DNA of 64,000 nucleotides from Alphaproteobacteria bacterium MarineAlpha12_Bin1 (GCA_002937505.1 PTJY01000001.1:472986-536985); one strand, 5' to 3'. Positions 19,434 to 30,752 are shown, counted from the first letter of the stretch. The notes: generated by a model from the letters alone, not told the origin. Program-made: numbers and translations.

Positions 19434-20201
19434 TCAGGTAGTGTTTTTTAAATTTAATTTGTTCACAATCGCGCGTGCATATTCTAGGTCAGAAGGAGTA
19501 TCGACACCAACTGGAACTGTGTCAACGAGTGCTGCATCAATTCGCATGCCAGATTCTAATGCACGCAACTGTTCTAGACGTTCGCGTTCCTCTAACCCAC
19601 TAATTGGTAAATCTATAAATTCTTCTAATATTTCTCGGCGATAGGCATAAATACCAATATGATGATAATGATAACCATCCCCAGAAGGGACAACAGATCT
19701 ACTAAAATACAGTGCACGCCCCTGATTAGGGTTTTTTTTGATAGATAGTACTGCTTTAACCACATTAGGGTTAAAACGCTCCTCATCATTCGTGATAGGG
19801 CTGACTAATGTGGCAATATCAACTTCAGGATTTTCCAAAACCTTAAATGCTCTTTTAATACATTCTGGATCCAGTGTGGGCAAATCTCCCTGAAGATTTA
19901 TTATTGCATCATATTCCTTATTGGGATCGAGCTTATCAATAGCCTCTGCAACACGATCAGAGCCTGATGGCAAATCAGCATTTGTTAAAACAGAAGTTCC
20001 TCCAACATTTTCTATAACCTCCGCAATCTCTTTCTCTGCACAAGCTACAACGACTGGTCCAATATCTGCTTGTAGTGCTTTTCGCCAACAATGTACTATC
20101 ATGGGGTCATCTGCTATCAACGCCAATGGCTTACCAGGCAATCTAGCGGACCCCATCCGGGCTGGTATAATTACAATAGGGTTTTGGGGAGGAGATCTCA
20201 T
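19434..20201 (-). CDS. kdsB: 3-deoxy-manno-octulosonate cytidylyltransferase
   Basis: IPARMGSARLPGKPL, NLQGD, ALYFSR, LEQLRALE. Confidence 0.96.
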   Translation of the reverse strand: MRSPPQNPIVIIPARMGSARLPGKPLALIADDPMIVHCWRKALQADIGPVVVACAEKEIAEVIENVGGTSVLTNADLPSGSDRVAEAIDKLDPNKEYDAIINLQGDLPTLDPECIKRAFKVLENPEVDIATLVSPITNDEERFNPNVVKAVLSIKKNPNQGRALYFSRSVVPSGDGYHYHHIGIYAYRREILEEFIDLPISGLEERERLEQLRALESGMRIDAALVDTVPVGVDTPSDLEYARAIVNKLNLKNTT

Positions 20202-20461
20202 GAATCGAATAGCACCTTATAGAGCTTTCTGAATTAGAAGAAAAAACTAACTAGCAAAAAATCTGCCATAAAAACACTCAACTAGGGTAGTTTTTAATAT
20301 GACCAACAGATATACCTCGTTAACATAATCAGAACACTCCTTTTTTAATAAATCTTAACTATTTTTTCATACATAATTCTCGTACTTCTGGAGGACAGAA
20401 CTATCATATATATTAAACATGTTCTTTATCTAAAGATTACCATTTTTTCATGGAGTAGTTT

Positions 20462-21268
20462 ATGAAGGGTTTAAACCCAGCTGAACTTGTAGATTTAGCC
20501 TTAAAACTAGCTGACGAAAGTGGTCCGATTGTTCTTAATTACTTTCGGAAAAGTTTGTCTGTTGAGTTCAAAAGCGATGATAGCCCCGTAACTAAAGCTG
20601 ACAAAGAAGCCGAATCTGCCCTAAGAAGGCTATTAGCTCTAGAAACACCTAATTTTGGCGTTTTTGGCGAGGAATACGGGGAAGAGCGGATTAATTCAGA
20701 GTATGTTTGGGTGATCGATCCAATCGATGGAACTAGAGCATTCATAAATGGGATACCTCTATTTGGTACCTTAATTGCACTTACACGCCACGGAAAACCA
20801 ATTTTAGGTCTCGTGGACCATCCAGCATTAAAAGAAAGATGGCTTGGTGTCGATGGGCAGCCCACTCTTCACTGGGGAAGAGGGGATGAAGGAGTTCCGG
20901 TCGAGTCTCGTGATTGTGGGATGATCTCCAAAGCGTTACTTTGTGCATCTTCACCTGAGATGTTTTCAAAGAATCAGCTGGACCTTTTTAATCTCGTTTC
21001 GGATGCGGCTCGAGACACGAGGTTTGGAACTGATTGCTATGGCTATTCTATGCTTGCCAGTGGCCAAACGGATCTGGTTGTTGAAGCTGGTATGCAACCC
21101 TACGACTATCTTGCGCACGCGGTAGTTGTAAGTGGAGCGGGCGGAAAAATCACCGACTGGAAAGGAGAAGAGTTAACTTTGAACTCGTCAGATACAGTAG
21201 TCGCGGCTGGAAGCCCAAAAATACACGAACAAATTATCCAACTATTTTCAAATTTAAAAGCTAAGTAG
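20462..21268 (+). CDS. hisN: Histidinol-phosphatase, inositol monophosphatase family
   Basis: SPVT.AD, GEE, WVIDPIDGTRAF, GTDCY.Y..LASG. Confidence 0.85.
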   Translation: MKGLNPAELVDLALKLADESGPIVLNYFRKSLSVEFKSDDSPVTKADKEAESALRRLLALETPNFGVFGEEYGEERINSEYVWVIDPIDGTRAFINGIPLFGTLIALTRHGKPILGLVDHPALKERWLGVDGQPTLHWGRGDEGVPVESRDCGMISKALLCASSPEMFSKNQLDLFNLVSDAARDTRFGTDCYGYSMLASGQTDLVVEAGMQPYDYLAHAVVVSGAGGKITDWKGEELTLNSSDTVVAAGSPKIHEQIIQLFSNLKAK

Positions 21269-21270
21269 TT

Positions 21271-21804
21271 ATGGTTCAGCGTATAGGTATTTCTATAACA
21301 TGTAGTGACCAAATAGGATTACTGGCGACTATAACCGGTCGTTTATTCGATCTAAATGCTGATTTGGGAAACACAAGCTTCTCGGTTAAGAAAAAAATAG
21401 CCGAATTTTATTCAGTTGCGGAGTTTAAGAATCTTCTAGATAAAAAAGATCTAGCTGTAGAGTTAAATAAATTACCCGGGCTTGAAAACGCAAAAATAAT
21501 CGTATCTGAATATCAGCCAACTATTGCAGAGGAAAACCAGCTTCAGATTACATATTCTGTGGAACTTCGAGGAGAAGATCGACCCGGGCTAGTAGCTAGA
21601 ATGGCGGAAGTTTTTGCTGAATTTGAGTCTAATATAGTAACTATGAATAGCCAGGTGATTTCACAAAATGGTAATCCGGATTACTTAATTCGTTTTGGGG
21701 TGTATATACCCAATAAAAGAGCGGCAAGCTGCATCGCAGCAATAGACAACACTGCTAAAAGCCTGGGTCTTGCATGTAATTTTGACAAAGTGGAAGTAAA
21801 ATAG
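21271..21804 (+). CDS. Tandem ACT-domain protein (GcvR-like)
   Basis: Two ACT repeats (CSDQIGLLA; GEDRPGLVA). Confidence 0.8.
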   Translation: MVQRIGISITCSDQIGLLATITGRLFDLNADLGNTSFSVKKKIAEFYSVAEFKNLLDKKDLAVELNKLPGLENAKIIVSEYQPTIAEENQLQITYSVELRGEDRPGLVARMAEVFAEFESNIVTMNSQVISQNGNPDYLIRFGVYIPNKRAASCIAAIDNTAKSLGLACNFDKVEVK

Positions 21805-21913
21805 ATGCTTTAAATAGTTCGTTACTTTTGTATCAAGATATTTCTTGTAAGATTGATTAACGGATTAAATCCGGCTGTTTTATTTTTACCTTAGCTATAC
21901 GTGGGGAAAGAGC

Positions 21914-23764
21914 ATGTATCAGAAAAAATTGTTAGCTACATTGACTACTTTCATATTGTTAATAACGGATATAATGGTTTCATCTTCAAGTGCTTCTGGT
22001 CCCGCTCACGCGATAGCAATGCACGGTAATCCTAAGTTTGGAGCCAATTACAAGCATTTTGATTATGTTAACCCTCTTGCCGTAAAAGGTGGCAAAAAAA
22101 TAACTTCAGCAACAGGAACTTTCGATAGTCTGAACCCATTTATTTTACAAGGGAACCCTGCAAACATCAGCTTAATTTATGACTCACTTATGGTTCAATC
22201 TGTAGACGAGGCATTTACGTTATATTGCTTGCTTTGTGAATCGATAGAAACACCTAAGGACAGATCTTGGGTCGAATTTACATTAAGAGATGATGCTTTC
22301 TGGCATGATGGAAAAAAAATAACTGTCAAAGACGTAATATTTTCTTTCAATATCTTACAAAAAAAAGGAAGGCCGTTTTATAGGTTTTACTATGGAAGCG
22401 TATCAAATGTTACTCAGACTGGCCCCAGAAAGGTAAAATTCACTTTTTCAGGAAAACCAAATCCGGAACTACCCTTAATTTTGGGCGATTTAACAATTCT
22501 ACCTAAACATTATTGGGAATCCAGAGATTTTTCAAAAGCTTCTCTGGATCCACCACTTGGTAGCGGCCCATATCGAATTTTTGATGTTAAACCAGGCAGA
22601 TCAATTACTTTAAAGAGAGTGAACAATTATTGGGGAAGATATCATCCAGCAAAAGTTGGTTTTGATAATATAGACATTATTAGAATTGATTATTTTAGGG
22701 ACAGAACAGTAGCTAGGGAGGCCTTTAAAGGGGGCAACCTAGATCTTTGGATAGAAAACTCAGCAAAAGAGTGGGCAACAGCGTTCAATATCCCACCTGT
22801 TCGAGACGGCCATATTATTAAAAAAGATTTTCCTCATCAACGAACTGCTGGAATGCAAGGATTTATTTTTAATATTAGAAAATCTTTATTTAGGGATCGC
22901 CAAGTTAGGAAAGCTTTAAACCTTGCATGGGATTTTGAGTGGTATAATAAAAATCTAGCCTATAGCGCTTATAGCCGAACTGATAGTTATTTTGACAACT
23001 CAGAGCTAGGTAGCAGGGGTTTTCTATCAGATGCTGGTCAAGAAGAGCGAGCAATACTTCATAAATACAAACAGTATCTTCCCAGTGAACTATTTAAAAA
23101 TGTTTACATTCCCCCATCCACTGACGGATCCGGTTCAAGGGGAATAAGGAATAACCTCAAAAAAGCTGGAAAAATTTTGAAACTAGCGGGATGGAAAATA
23201 CAAAACGGTGTTTTAGTGAATTCTAGTACAAAAAAGCCGTTTAAGTTTGAAATACTTCTTGTCCAACCAGCTTTTGAAAGAATGGCACTACCTTTTGCCC
23301 GGAACCTAAAAAGACTAGGAATACAGGCAAATGTAAGAATTGTGGACAGCGCACAATATCAAGCGAGAATTGACAGTCGGGACTTCGATATGATTGTGGG
23401 AGCCTGGGGTCAATCTCAATCTCCAGGAAATGAACAAAGAGATTTTTGGAGTAGCAGAGCCGCAATAGAGAAAGGTTCGAGAAATAGTGTAGGAATAAAC
23501 AGCAAGGTGATTGATGAACTAATTGAGTTGGTGATAGCAGCCCAAACAAGAGAGAGTTTGGTTCAAAGAACTAGGGCTTTAGACCGTGTCCTTCTTTGGG
23601 GATACTATGTAATACCCCACTTTCACCTCTCTAATGATCGAATAGCATATTGGAATAAGTTTGGAAAACCCAAAAAAATACCTATTTTAGGGGAGGCGAC
23701 AAACCTTTCGGCGTGGTGGATAGACACAGAAAAAGAAGAAGAACTAATCAAACGCAATAGATAA
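21914..23764 (+). CDS. yejA: Peptide ABC transporter substrate-binding protein, YejA-like
   Basis: Signal peptide, HAIAMHG.PK, GTFDSLNPF, PPLGSGPY, SPGNEQR. Confidence 0.9.
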   Translation: MYQKKLLATLTTFILLITDIMVSSSSASGPAHAIAMHGNPKFGANYKHFDYVNPLAVKGGKKITSATGTFDSLNPFILQGNPANISLIYDSLMVQSVDEAFTLYCLLCESIETPKDRSWVEFTLRDDAFWHDGKKITVKDVIFSFNILQKKGRPFYRFYYGSVSNVTQTGPRKVKFTFSGKPNPELPLILGDLTILPKHYWESRDFSKASLDPPLGSGPYRIFDVKPGRSITLKRVNNYWGRYHPAKVGFDNIDIIRIDYFRDRTVAREAFKGGNLDLWIENSAKEWATAFNIPPVRDGHIIKKDFPHQRTAGMQGFIFNIRKSLFRDRQVRKALNLAWDFEWYNKNLAYSAYSRTDSYFDNSELGSRGFLSDAGQEERAILHKYKQYLPSELFKNVYIPPSTDGSGSRGIRNNLKKAGKILKLAGWKIQNGVLVNSSTKKPFKFEILLVQPAFERMALPFARNLKRLGIQANVRIVDSAQYQARIDSRDFDMIVGAWGQSQSPGNEQRDFWSSRAAIEKGSRNSVGINSKVIDELIELVIAAQTRESLVQRTRALDRVLLWGYYVIPHFHLSNDRIAYWNKFGKPKKIPILGEATNLSAWWIDTEKEEELIKRNR

Positions 23765-23811
23765 TTAAACAACTTCTAGCCCAGGTAAACAAACAAGGAT
23801 AAGTTAGTAAA

Positions 23812-24930
23812 ATGCTAAACTATATTATCCGTCGTCTTTTGCTTATTATTCCAACTCTTTTTGGAATAATGATTGTTAACTTTATAGTTATTCAAACTGC
23901 CCCAGGCGGACCGGTTGAACAAATAATAGCTCAAATACAAGGTAATGCAGTCGACGCAACAGCTCGGGTGTCTGGCGGAGGAGCAGAACTAACTAATAAT
24001 GGCCTAGAAGAAAAGCAAAACTTTAGCCAGACCAGTGGTTTTGAATCCAAATATAGGGGTGCAAGAGGTTTGCCTCCTGAGCTAATTTCTGAAATAGAAA
24101 AAATGGTAGGTTTTGACAAGCCTATACATATTCGTTTTATAAATATGATGGGTAATTACGCTACATTCAATTTTGGTGACAGTTTCTATAAAGATCAAAA
24201 AGTTGTTGATTTAGTATTGGATGCAATGCCAGTTTCAATCAGTCTGGGACTGTGGACCACACTTCTTACTTACTTAATTTGTATACCTTTAGGAATCAGA
24301 AAAGCAATCAAAGACGGAAGCCGTTTTGATGCTTGGACGAGTGGAGTGATAATTTTTGGGAATGCTGTACCTAGCTTCTTATTCGCAATACTATTGATCG
24401 TTATATTTGCCGGAGGAAGCTTTGTCGATTGGTTTCCCCTGAGAGGACTAGTTTCAGAAAACTGGTCTGAGCTCAGCTTTTTCAGAAAAATTATCGATTA
24501 TCTGTGGCATATCGCACTTCCCGTTATTGCTCTTACTATTGGCGCTTTTGCTGGTTTAACAATGTTAACGAAAAACTCGTTTTTGGATCAAATAAACCAA
24601 CAGTATGTAATCACAGCCCGGGCAAAAGGGTTAACAGAAAACAGAGTTCTATACGGGCATGTGTTCCGCAATGCCATGCTAATAGTGATTGCAGGCTTCC
24701 CTGCTGCTTTTATCGGAATTTTGTTTACCGGGTCACTACTTATAGAGGTTATTTTTTCTCTAAACGGGCTAGGCCTTTTGGGCTTCGAAGCAGCTCTTAA
24801 TAGAGATTTCCCTGTTCTTTTTGGTACACTTTTCTTTTTTTCATTACTGGGGCTGTTGATGGGTCTAATAGGAGACCTAGCATATATGATAATTGATCCT
24901 CGAATTGATTTTGAAAGCAGAGATGTTTGA
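23812..24930 (+). CDS. yejB: Peptide ABC transporter permease
   Basis: [36 protein letters not shown]. Confidence 0.93.
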   Translation: MLNYIIRRLLLIIPTLFGIMIVNFIVIQTAPGGPVEQIIAQIQGNAVDATARVSGGGAELTNNGLEEKQNFSQTSGFESKYRGARGLPPELISEIEKMVGFDKPIHIRFINMMGNYATFNFGDSFYKDQKVVDLVLDAMPVSISLGLWTTLLTYLICIPLGIRKAIKDGSRFDAWTSGVIIFGNAVPSFLFAILLIVIFAGGSFVDWFPLRGLVSENWSELSFFRKIIDYLWHIALPVIALTIGAFAGLTMLTKNSFLDQINQQYVITARAKGLTENRVLYGHVFRNAMLIVIAGFPAAFIGILFTGSLLIEVIFSLNGLGLLGFEAALNRDFPVLFGTLFFFSLLGLLMGLIGDLAYMIIDPRIDFESRDV

Positions 24931-24937
24931 GGAGATA

Positions 24938-26002
24938 ATGAACGAAAGAAACCTCAAATTCATGGGAAGGCCCATATCACCTTTAACAGAAAGAAGACTT
25001 TCAAATTTCCGTGCTAATAAACGAGGTTATTGGTCTCTTTGGATATTTGTAGTTTTATTTATTTTTACTCTTTTTGCTGAGTTTATTTCTAATGACAAAC
25101 CACTCTTGGTAAGCTTCGAAGAAAATTTTTACTACCCTATTTTCCAAAGCTACCCAGAAACTGTTTTCGGGGGGGATTTCGAGACAGAAACTAACTACAC
25201 TGACCCTTATGTAATAGAACTTATAGAAAAAAAGGGCTGGATCATTTGGCCACTAATACCATACAGCTACGATACAGCAGTAATAGACTTACAAAGCCCC
25301 GCACCATCACCACCGACTACGCAAAACTGGTTGGGAACCGATGATCAAGCCCGCGACGTAACAGCTCGCTTGATATATGGCTTTAGAATCTCTGTACTTT
25401 TCGGTTTCACACTAACTATTCTTTCTAGCTTCATTGGTATCATATCGGGAGCAATCCAGGGGTATTTTGGTGGTTGGATTGATTTGTTGTTTCAAAGGTT
25501 TATTGAAATATGGTCTTCTTTACCCACATTATTTTTATTAATTATTTTAGCTTCTGTAGTTGAACCAACCTTTTGGTTGCTTTTAGGTCTTATGCTTTTA
25601 TTTAGTTGGATGTCCTTAGTAGGAGTTGTTAGGGCAGAGTTTCTAAGAGCACGAAATTTTGATTACGTTAGAGCTGCCCGCGCCCTAGGAATGCCTAACT
25701 GGCAGATAATGTTTCGTCACGTGCTCCCTAACGCAATGGTTGCAACGCTGACCTTTCTCCCGTTTATCACTGCAGGATCAATAACCGTCTTGACTTCTTT
25801 AGACTTTCTTGGCTTTGGACTACCTCCAGGTTCTCCTTCACTAGGAGAGATGCTAAAACAAGGAAAAGAAAATATACAGGCCCCTTGGCTTGGATTTACT
25901 GCATTCTTATCTATAGCCATTATGCTTAGCCTAATGATTTTCATAGGAGAGGCTATTCGTGATGCCTATGATCCGCGCAAACAAATAAAAGAGGGGTTAT
26001 AG
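24938..26002 (+). CDS. yejE: Peptide ABC transporter permease
   Basis: NKRGYWS, LGTDDQARD, VRAEFLRAR, HVLPNA; ATG 24938 after GAGGAG. Confidence 0.92.
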   Translation: MNERNLKFMGRPISPLTERRLSNFRANKRGYWSLWIFVVLFIFTLFAEFISNDKPLLVSFEENFYYPIFQSYPETVFGGDFETETNYTDPYVIELIEKKGWIIWPLIPYSYDTAVIDLQSPAPSPPTTQNWLGTDDQARDVTARLIYGFRISVLFGFTLTILSSFIGIISGAIQGYFGGWIDLLFQRFIEIWSSLPTLFLLIILASVVEPTFWLLLGLMLLFSWMSLVGVVRAEFLRARNFDYVRAARALGMPNWQIMFRHVLPNAMVATLTFLPFITAGSITVLTSLDFLGFGLPPGSPSLGEMLKQGKENIQAPWLGFTAFLSIAIMLSLMIFIGEAIRDAYDPRKQIKEGL

Positions 26003-26005
26003 GCC

Positions 26006-27628
26006 ATGGTTAATCCCTTATTATTGGTAGAAGACCTATCAGTTGATTTTATAGTTTCTGGAAAAAAAATTGAAGCAGTAAGTAATGTAAACTTTCAAAT
26101 TGAAAAGGGTGAGACAGTTGCCCTCGTGGGCGAATCTGGCTCAGGAAAATCTGTCACCGCTCTCTCTATAATGCAATTGCTTCCTTACCCTTCAGCACGC
26201 CATCCTAATGGGTCAATTATATTTAACAACCAAGAAGTGATTGGTTCATCTCAGGGTATGATGAAAAATATTCGAGGAAATGAAATCTCAATTATATTCC
26301 AAGAGCCAATGACGTCACTAAATCCTCTACACACTATAGAAAAACAAATTAATGAAGTGCTTTTCATTCATAGAGGGCTAACAAAAGACAACGCTTTTTC
26401 TAGAACATTGGAATTGCTCGAGTTAGTCGGTTTAGCTGATGCCAAAAAACGTTTGGACGCCTACCCACACGAGCTTTCCGGTGGGGAACGTCAAAGGGTG
26501 ATGATTGCAATGGCCTTAGCCAACGAACCTAAGTTACTAATTGCTGATGAACCAACAACAGCATTAGATGTTACCATACAAGCACAAATACTTGAACTAC
26601 TGCTCGATCTTCAAAACAAATTCGATATGTCAATGCTTTTCATAACGCACGATCTAGGCATAGTAAAAAAGATGGCACAGAAAGTATGCGTTATGCATAA
26701 GGGAAAAATCGTTGAAAGTGGGTCTATAAGCAACATATTCGATAACCCTAGCCATGACTACACCAAACATTTGCTATCTGCTGAACCTTCTGGCCAAGCG
26801 TTAAGACCTAAACGTGGGGCAAAGAGAATTCTACAAGCAAGAAATATAAAAGTCTGGTTTCCTATAAAAGAAGGCCTTCTTAAGCGAACAAAGGATTATC
26901 TAAAAGCCGTTGATAACATTTCTGTTGAGGTGCGTGAGGGTCAAACTGTTGGAGTAGTTGGAGAGTCAGGGTCAGGAAAAACCACGCTTGGGCTTGCCTT
27001 GCTTAGACTAGAAAAATCAGAGGGAAGCATCGAGTTCAACCAACAAAAGATAAGTGAAATTAGAACAAATAAGTTACGCCAACTTAGACGTGAAATACAA
27101 ATTGTGTTTCAAGACCCATTTGGCAGTCTAAGTCCAAGAATGTCGGTGTCACAGATAATCGAAGAAGGATTGAATATTCATAAGATCGCTAGTAGTTCAA
27201 ATGAAAAAACTGATCTGATTGTAAAAGCAATGGAAGAAGTGGGTCTCGACCCTGATAGTCGTTATCGGTTTCCTCATGAATTTTCTGGAGGACAGCGCCA
27301 ACGTATTGCAATCGCACGTGCAATAGTCTTAAAACCGAAATTTATAGTACTTGATGAACCCACCTCGGCTCTCGATCGTTCAGTGCAGGCACAGATTATA
27401 GATCTTCTCAGGAACCTCCAGACAAAACATGGTCTCGGATATTTATTCATAAGTCATGATTTAAAAGTTATAAGGGCAATATCTGACCGTGTAATAGTCA
27501 TGCGTCATGGTAAAATTATAGAAAATAACACCTCATCGAGGATTTTTGAAAACCCAGAAGATCCCTATACAAAATCCTTACTAGCAGCCGCATTTGACCT
27601 AGAAGTGATTAAAACAAACAAAATTTGA
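26006..27628 (+). CDS. yejF: Peptide ABC transporter, fused double ATPase
   Basis: Two GESGSGK Walker A and two SGG signature motifs. Confidence 0.92.
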   Translation: MVNPLLLVEDLSVDFIVSGKKIEAVSNVNFQIEKGETVALVGESGSGKSVTALSIMQLLPYPSARHPNGSIIFNNQEVIGSSQGMMKNIRGNEISIIFQEPMTSLNPLHTIEKQINEVLFIHRGLTKDNAFSRTLELLELVGLADAKKRLDAYPHELSGGERQRVMIAMALANEPKLLIADEPTTALDVTIQAQILELLLDLQNKFDMSMLFITHDLGIVKKMAQKVCVMHKGKIVESGSISNIFDNPSHDYTKHLLSAEPSGQALRPKRGAKRILQARNIKVWFPIKEGLLKRTKDYLKAVDNISVEVREGQTVGVVGESGSGKTTLGLALLRLEKSEGSIEFNQQKISEIRTNKLRQLRREIQIVFQDPFGSLSPRMSVSQIIEEGLNIHKIASSSNEKTDLIVKAMEEVGLDPDSRYRFPHEFSGGQRQRIAIARAIVLKPKFIVLDEPTSALDRSVQAQIIDLLRNLQTKHGLGYLFISHDLKVIRAISDRVIVMRHGKIIENNTSSRIFENPEDPYTKSLLAAAFDLEVIKTNKI

Positions 27629-27647
27629 TGATAAAAAGATACTTGTC

Positions 27648-28583
27648 ATGACACTACTAATTCTAGCGCCTAATGCTCGTCCACAAATTTGGGCCAAAGA
27701 GTTTAAACGTTTAGACCCAAATTTAGATGTTAGGATTTGGCCAAATGTCGATCATTTGGAAGATATTACCTATGCGCTTGTGTGGAATGCCCCAGAAGGA
27801 GTCCTTTCAACCTTACCAAATTTAAGAATAATTTTTTCTATGGGCGCCGGTGTTGATCATTTTTTTTTAGATTCTTCTTTACCTGATAATGTGACTATAT
27901 GTCGGGTGGTTGATTCGCTTCTGACCGCAGCCATGCGTGAATATGTTATTCTGCATACCCTTAGGTATCATAGAAATCTGCCAGAACTTGAGCAACAACA
28001 AAAAAATCATACATGGAATGAATTAGCAGATAAACAAATTCATGCAAAAGATCAGACAATAGGATTACTCGGACTTGGTGTACTTGGAAAATCCTGCGCT
28101 ACATTGCTTGCCGAAATGAAATTCAGAGTATACGGCTGGAGTCGATCTCCAAAAAACATAGATGGAGTGTCATGCTTTCATGGGGAAGAGGAACTTAAAA
28201 CGGTTCTTCAAAATTCAAAAATATTAGTTTGTTTGTTACCGCTGACAAAAGAAACCAAGGGTATTTTAAACGCTTGTTTATTTTCTGAACTTCCCAAGGG
28301 GGCTTGTCTTATTAATGCTGCGCGTGGACAACACCTCGTTGAAGAAGACCTTTTAAACGCACTTGATAGTGGTCAACTATCGTATGCAACTTTGGACGTA
28401 TTTAATGAAGAGCCCCTACCAGTTCAACATCCCTTTTGGGAACACCCAAAAATCACAATAACACCACACAACGCATCAATCACGGATCCAAAGAGTGTGT
28501 CTAAACAAATTCATGAGAACATTCGCAGAGATGTTCTAAATATGCCCATATTAAATACCGTCAATAGTAAATTAGAATATTAA
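27648..28583 (+). CDS. ghrA: Glyoxylate/hydroxypyruvate reductase A-like 2-hydroxyacid dehydrogenase
   Basis: GAGVDH, GLG.LG, LLPLT, INAARG, LDVF..EP, TPHNA. Confidence 0.87.
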   Translation: MTLLILAPNARPQIWAKEFKRLDPNLDVRIWPNVDHLEDITYALVWNAPEGVLSTLPNLRIIFSMGAGVDHFFLDSSLPDNVTICRVVDSLLTAAMREYVILHTLRYHRNLPELEQQQKNHTWNELADKQIHAKDQTIGLLGLGVLGKSCATLLAEMKFRVYGWSRSPKNIDGVSCFHGEEELKTVLQNSKILVCLLPLTKETKGILNACLFSELPKGACLINAARGQHLVEEDLLNALDSGQLSYATLDVFNEEPLPVQHPFWEHPKITITPHNASITDPKSVSKQIHENIRRDVLNMPILNTVNSKLEY

Positions 28584-28593
28584 ATTCATCTAA

Positions 28594-29220
28594 TTAGGCC
28601 ATCTCTATAAGAACCCATTTCTTGACCGCAGGTCTATCTGCAAGTCTTTTATACCAATTTCGTAAATTAGATAATTCGGGTCGTTCAATATCTAAGCTAA
28701 AAAAACGATGTGCTATTGGCCCAAGTGGTATATCCGCTAACGAGAATTTTTCACCTGCAACAAATCTGGTTTTTCCAAGTTGAGCATCTAGTATTTTCAT
28801 TCCATTGATCCAGGCCAATCTCGAAATTTCAATTTTTTCATCATCCCGATCTTCTGGTAAAGTTCTAACAATTCCAACCATAACCACGCCTTGATGAGGC
28901 GCTAAGACTGATAATTCCCAATCCATCCAACGTTCAACCAAGTTTCTAGCCCGCAAATCTGGAGGATAAAGCTCGCTTTTAAATTTACGTGCCATATAGC
29001 GAATAGCACTATTAGACTCCCACATTACAAAACCATCATCAATAATAGTAGGAACCTTCCCATTAGGGTTCATTAAGAGGTACTCTTTCGTATCGTTACG
29101 ACCAAAAGCACCACCAATTTCGTTATCATGTTCGTATTCTATACCCTCTTCTTCACATAGCCAGAGCACTTTTTGAACATTAGCTGAGGTTGCACGACCC
29201 AGTATTTTAATCAAGATCAC
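28594..29220 (-). CDS. Glutathione S-transferase (GstB-like)
   Basis: LGRATSANVQKVLW, NPNGKVP, WESNS, SLADI. Confidence 0.9.
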   Translation of the reverse strand: MILIKILGRATSANVQKVLWLCEEEGIEYEHDNEIGGAFGRNDTKEYLLMNPNGKVPTIIDDGFVMWESNSAIRYMARKFKSELYPPDLRARNLVERWMDWELSVLAPHQGVVMVGIVRTLPEDRDDEKIEISRLAWINGMKILDAQLGKTRFVAGEKFSLADIPLGPIAHRFFSLDIERPELSNLRNWYKRLADRPAVKKWVLIEMA

Positions 29221-29231
29221 TTTCCATTTCT

Positions 29232-29264
29232 AAAAAAAATGGAGCCGCAAATTAACGGCTCCAT
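29232..29264 (-). terminator. Intrinsic terminator downstream of the LLM gene
   Basis: 9-bp stem ATGGAGCCG/CGGCTCCAT with 8-nt loop, followed by a T-tract on the minus strand. Confidence 0.8.
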
Positions 29265-29291
29265 GTAACATTATACATTGTGACTTTGTTT

Positions 29292-30602
29292 TTACTCTGC
29301 CGCTTCAGACATATCATGTCCCGAACGAGCTGTGATCTCATCTAAAGCAGGCTTAACCACTTCATTAAATTCTGTCATATTTTGGATAACCTTATCCTTA
29401 GGCATTTGTGCATAATGGTATATTAACGTTATGTACTCAGCGGGCATTTGTTCCCACTGGGCCACCAATTGGTCACGTACGGATTCAGCTGTACCAATTG
29501 CATAAAGCCCAGAAGATAACATCGACCCTATAACATCGTCTTCATCAAGTTTCCTTCGACCCATCGCTGCATAAAAGTTTTTCCAGATGTCGTAATCATG
29601 AGCCATTACGGCATCCATAGCTGCATCTTCGCTTTCAGCAATCTGCAACCAGCGTACTATATTTTGATTTTGTCCGGGCAACCAATTAAAGCCTGCTTTA
29701 GCAGCTGTTTCAGCATATTGAACACCCAAAGGCGCCGCCGTACTTATATCTGTGAAATAAGTCGGAATGAAACCCATTCTAGCATTATAATCTATTGTTT
29801 CCGGGCTCCCACTTCCTGAAACAAATACCGGAGGATGTGGATCTTGATACGGAGCGGGACATACAGATATATTAACAACATTGTTATTTTCATCGACTTC
29901 GTCTAAAGCACCCAATCTCTGAGTGACGCCAACTTGAGCTAACTGCCAATCGTCAACCCCTGTGTCGCCTGGGTAAGGTATTTGCCAAGCATTCCCTTTA
30001 TGACTCATCGAATCCTGGGTCCACGCTTTCAAGACAATTTCTATATTCTCTTCGAAAACATCACGATTATGCTGGTCGTTCTTTACATCTTTATCAGATA
30101 TCGTAAAACCACTCTGAGCAAAGCCTGCTCCAACAGCTGTCTGATTATTCTTAGCAGCAGTAGGTGACTTGGTTGAAGTCGTCCCGTAATGCTGCCCGAA
30201 CACATTCGTCCATCGGCTTTGATAACCTCTAGCAAAACCAACAAAGCTTCTTCCCTGAGTGAGATGATCTATAATTGCTGTCTCCTCTGCAACTCTGAGA
30301 GGATTCTGAATGCTCATAACATAACCGAGCTGTCCGACACGAACGTTCTTAGTAATTGCCGCCCAGTAGGCATCCATAATAGCTGGAGCTGGCCCCACTT
30401 CATATCCTTCAGACCAAAAGTGATGTTCGATAGTCGCCACACCCCAAAAGTTTTGATTATCAGCAGCTTTAATTACCTCGTGCCATCCCTGAACCGTCTC
30501 CTGGTAACGATCCTTATTCCGACCTATAGGACGAAGTTTAGCACGCTCTTCCTCACTTTCAGCGTAGATCACTGGGTAGGTCTGTAAAATCGGTTTAACC
30601 AT
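29292..30602 (-). CDS. Luciferase-like (LLM class) flavin-dependent monooxygenase, paralog 1
   Basis: EHHF.SEG, P.RVAEE.A.IDHLT.GR..VGFARGY, P.PYQ.PHPP. Confidence 0.88.
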   Translation of the reverse strand: MVKPILQTYPVIYAESEEERAKLRPIGRNKDRYQETVQGWHEVIKAADNQNFWGVATIEHHFWSEGYEVGPAPAIMDAYWAAITKNVRVGQLGYVMSIQNPLRVAEETAIIDHLTQGRSFVGFARGYQSRWTNVFGQHYGTTSTKSPTAAKNNQTAVGAGFAQSGFTISDKDVKNDQHNRDVFEENIEIVLKAWTQDSMSHKGNAWQIPYPGDTGVDDWQLAQVGVTQRLGALDEVDENNNVVNISVCPAPYQDPHPPVFVSGSGSPETIDYNARMGFIPTYFTDISTAAPLGVQYAETAAKAGFNWLPGQNQNIVRWLQIAESEDAAMDAVMAHDYDIWKNFYAAMGRRKLDEDDVIGSMLSSGLYAIGTAESVRDQLVAQWEQMPAEYITLIYHYAQMPKDKVIQNMTEFNEVVKPALDEITARSGHDMSEAAE

Positions 30603-30752
30603 GGAATGCTCCCTATCGATTCAATTTAAAGTTGTAGTGTTATGAACATTATTGCTAAAGGATCTGTTATCAAATTTCAAATTATGTTTTTCGATAATGT
30701 TAATAGGTTGTAACTATAGCCAATATTATTAACCAAAGGCAAATTTTCCAAA

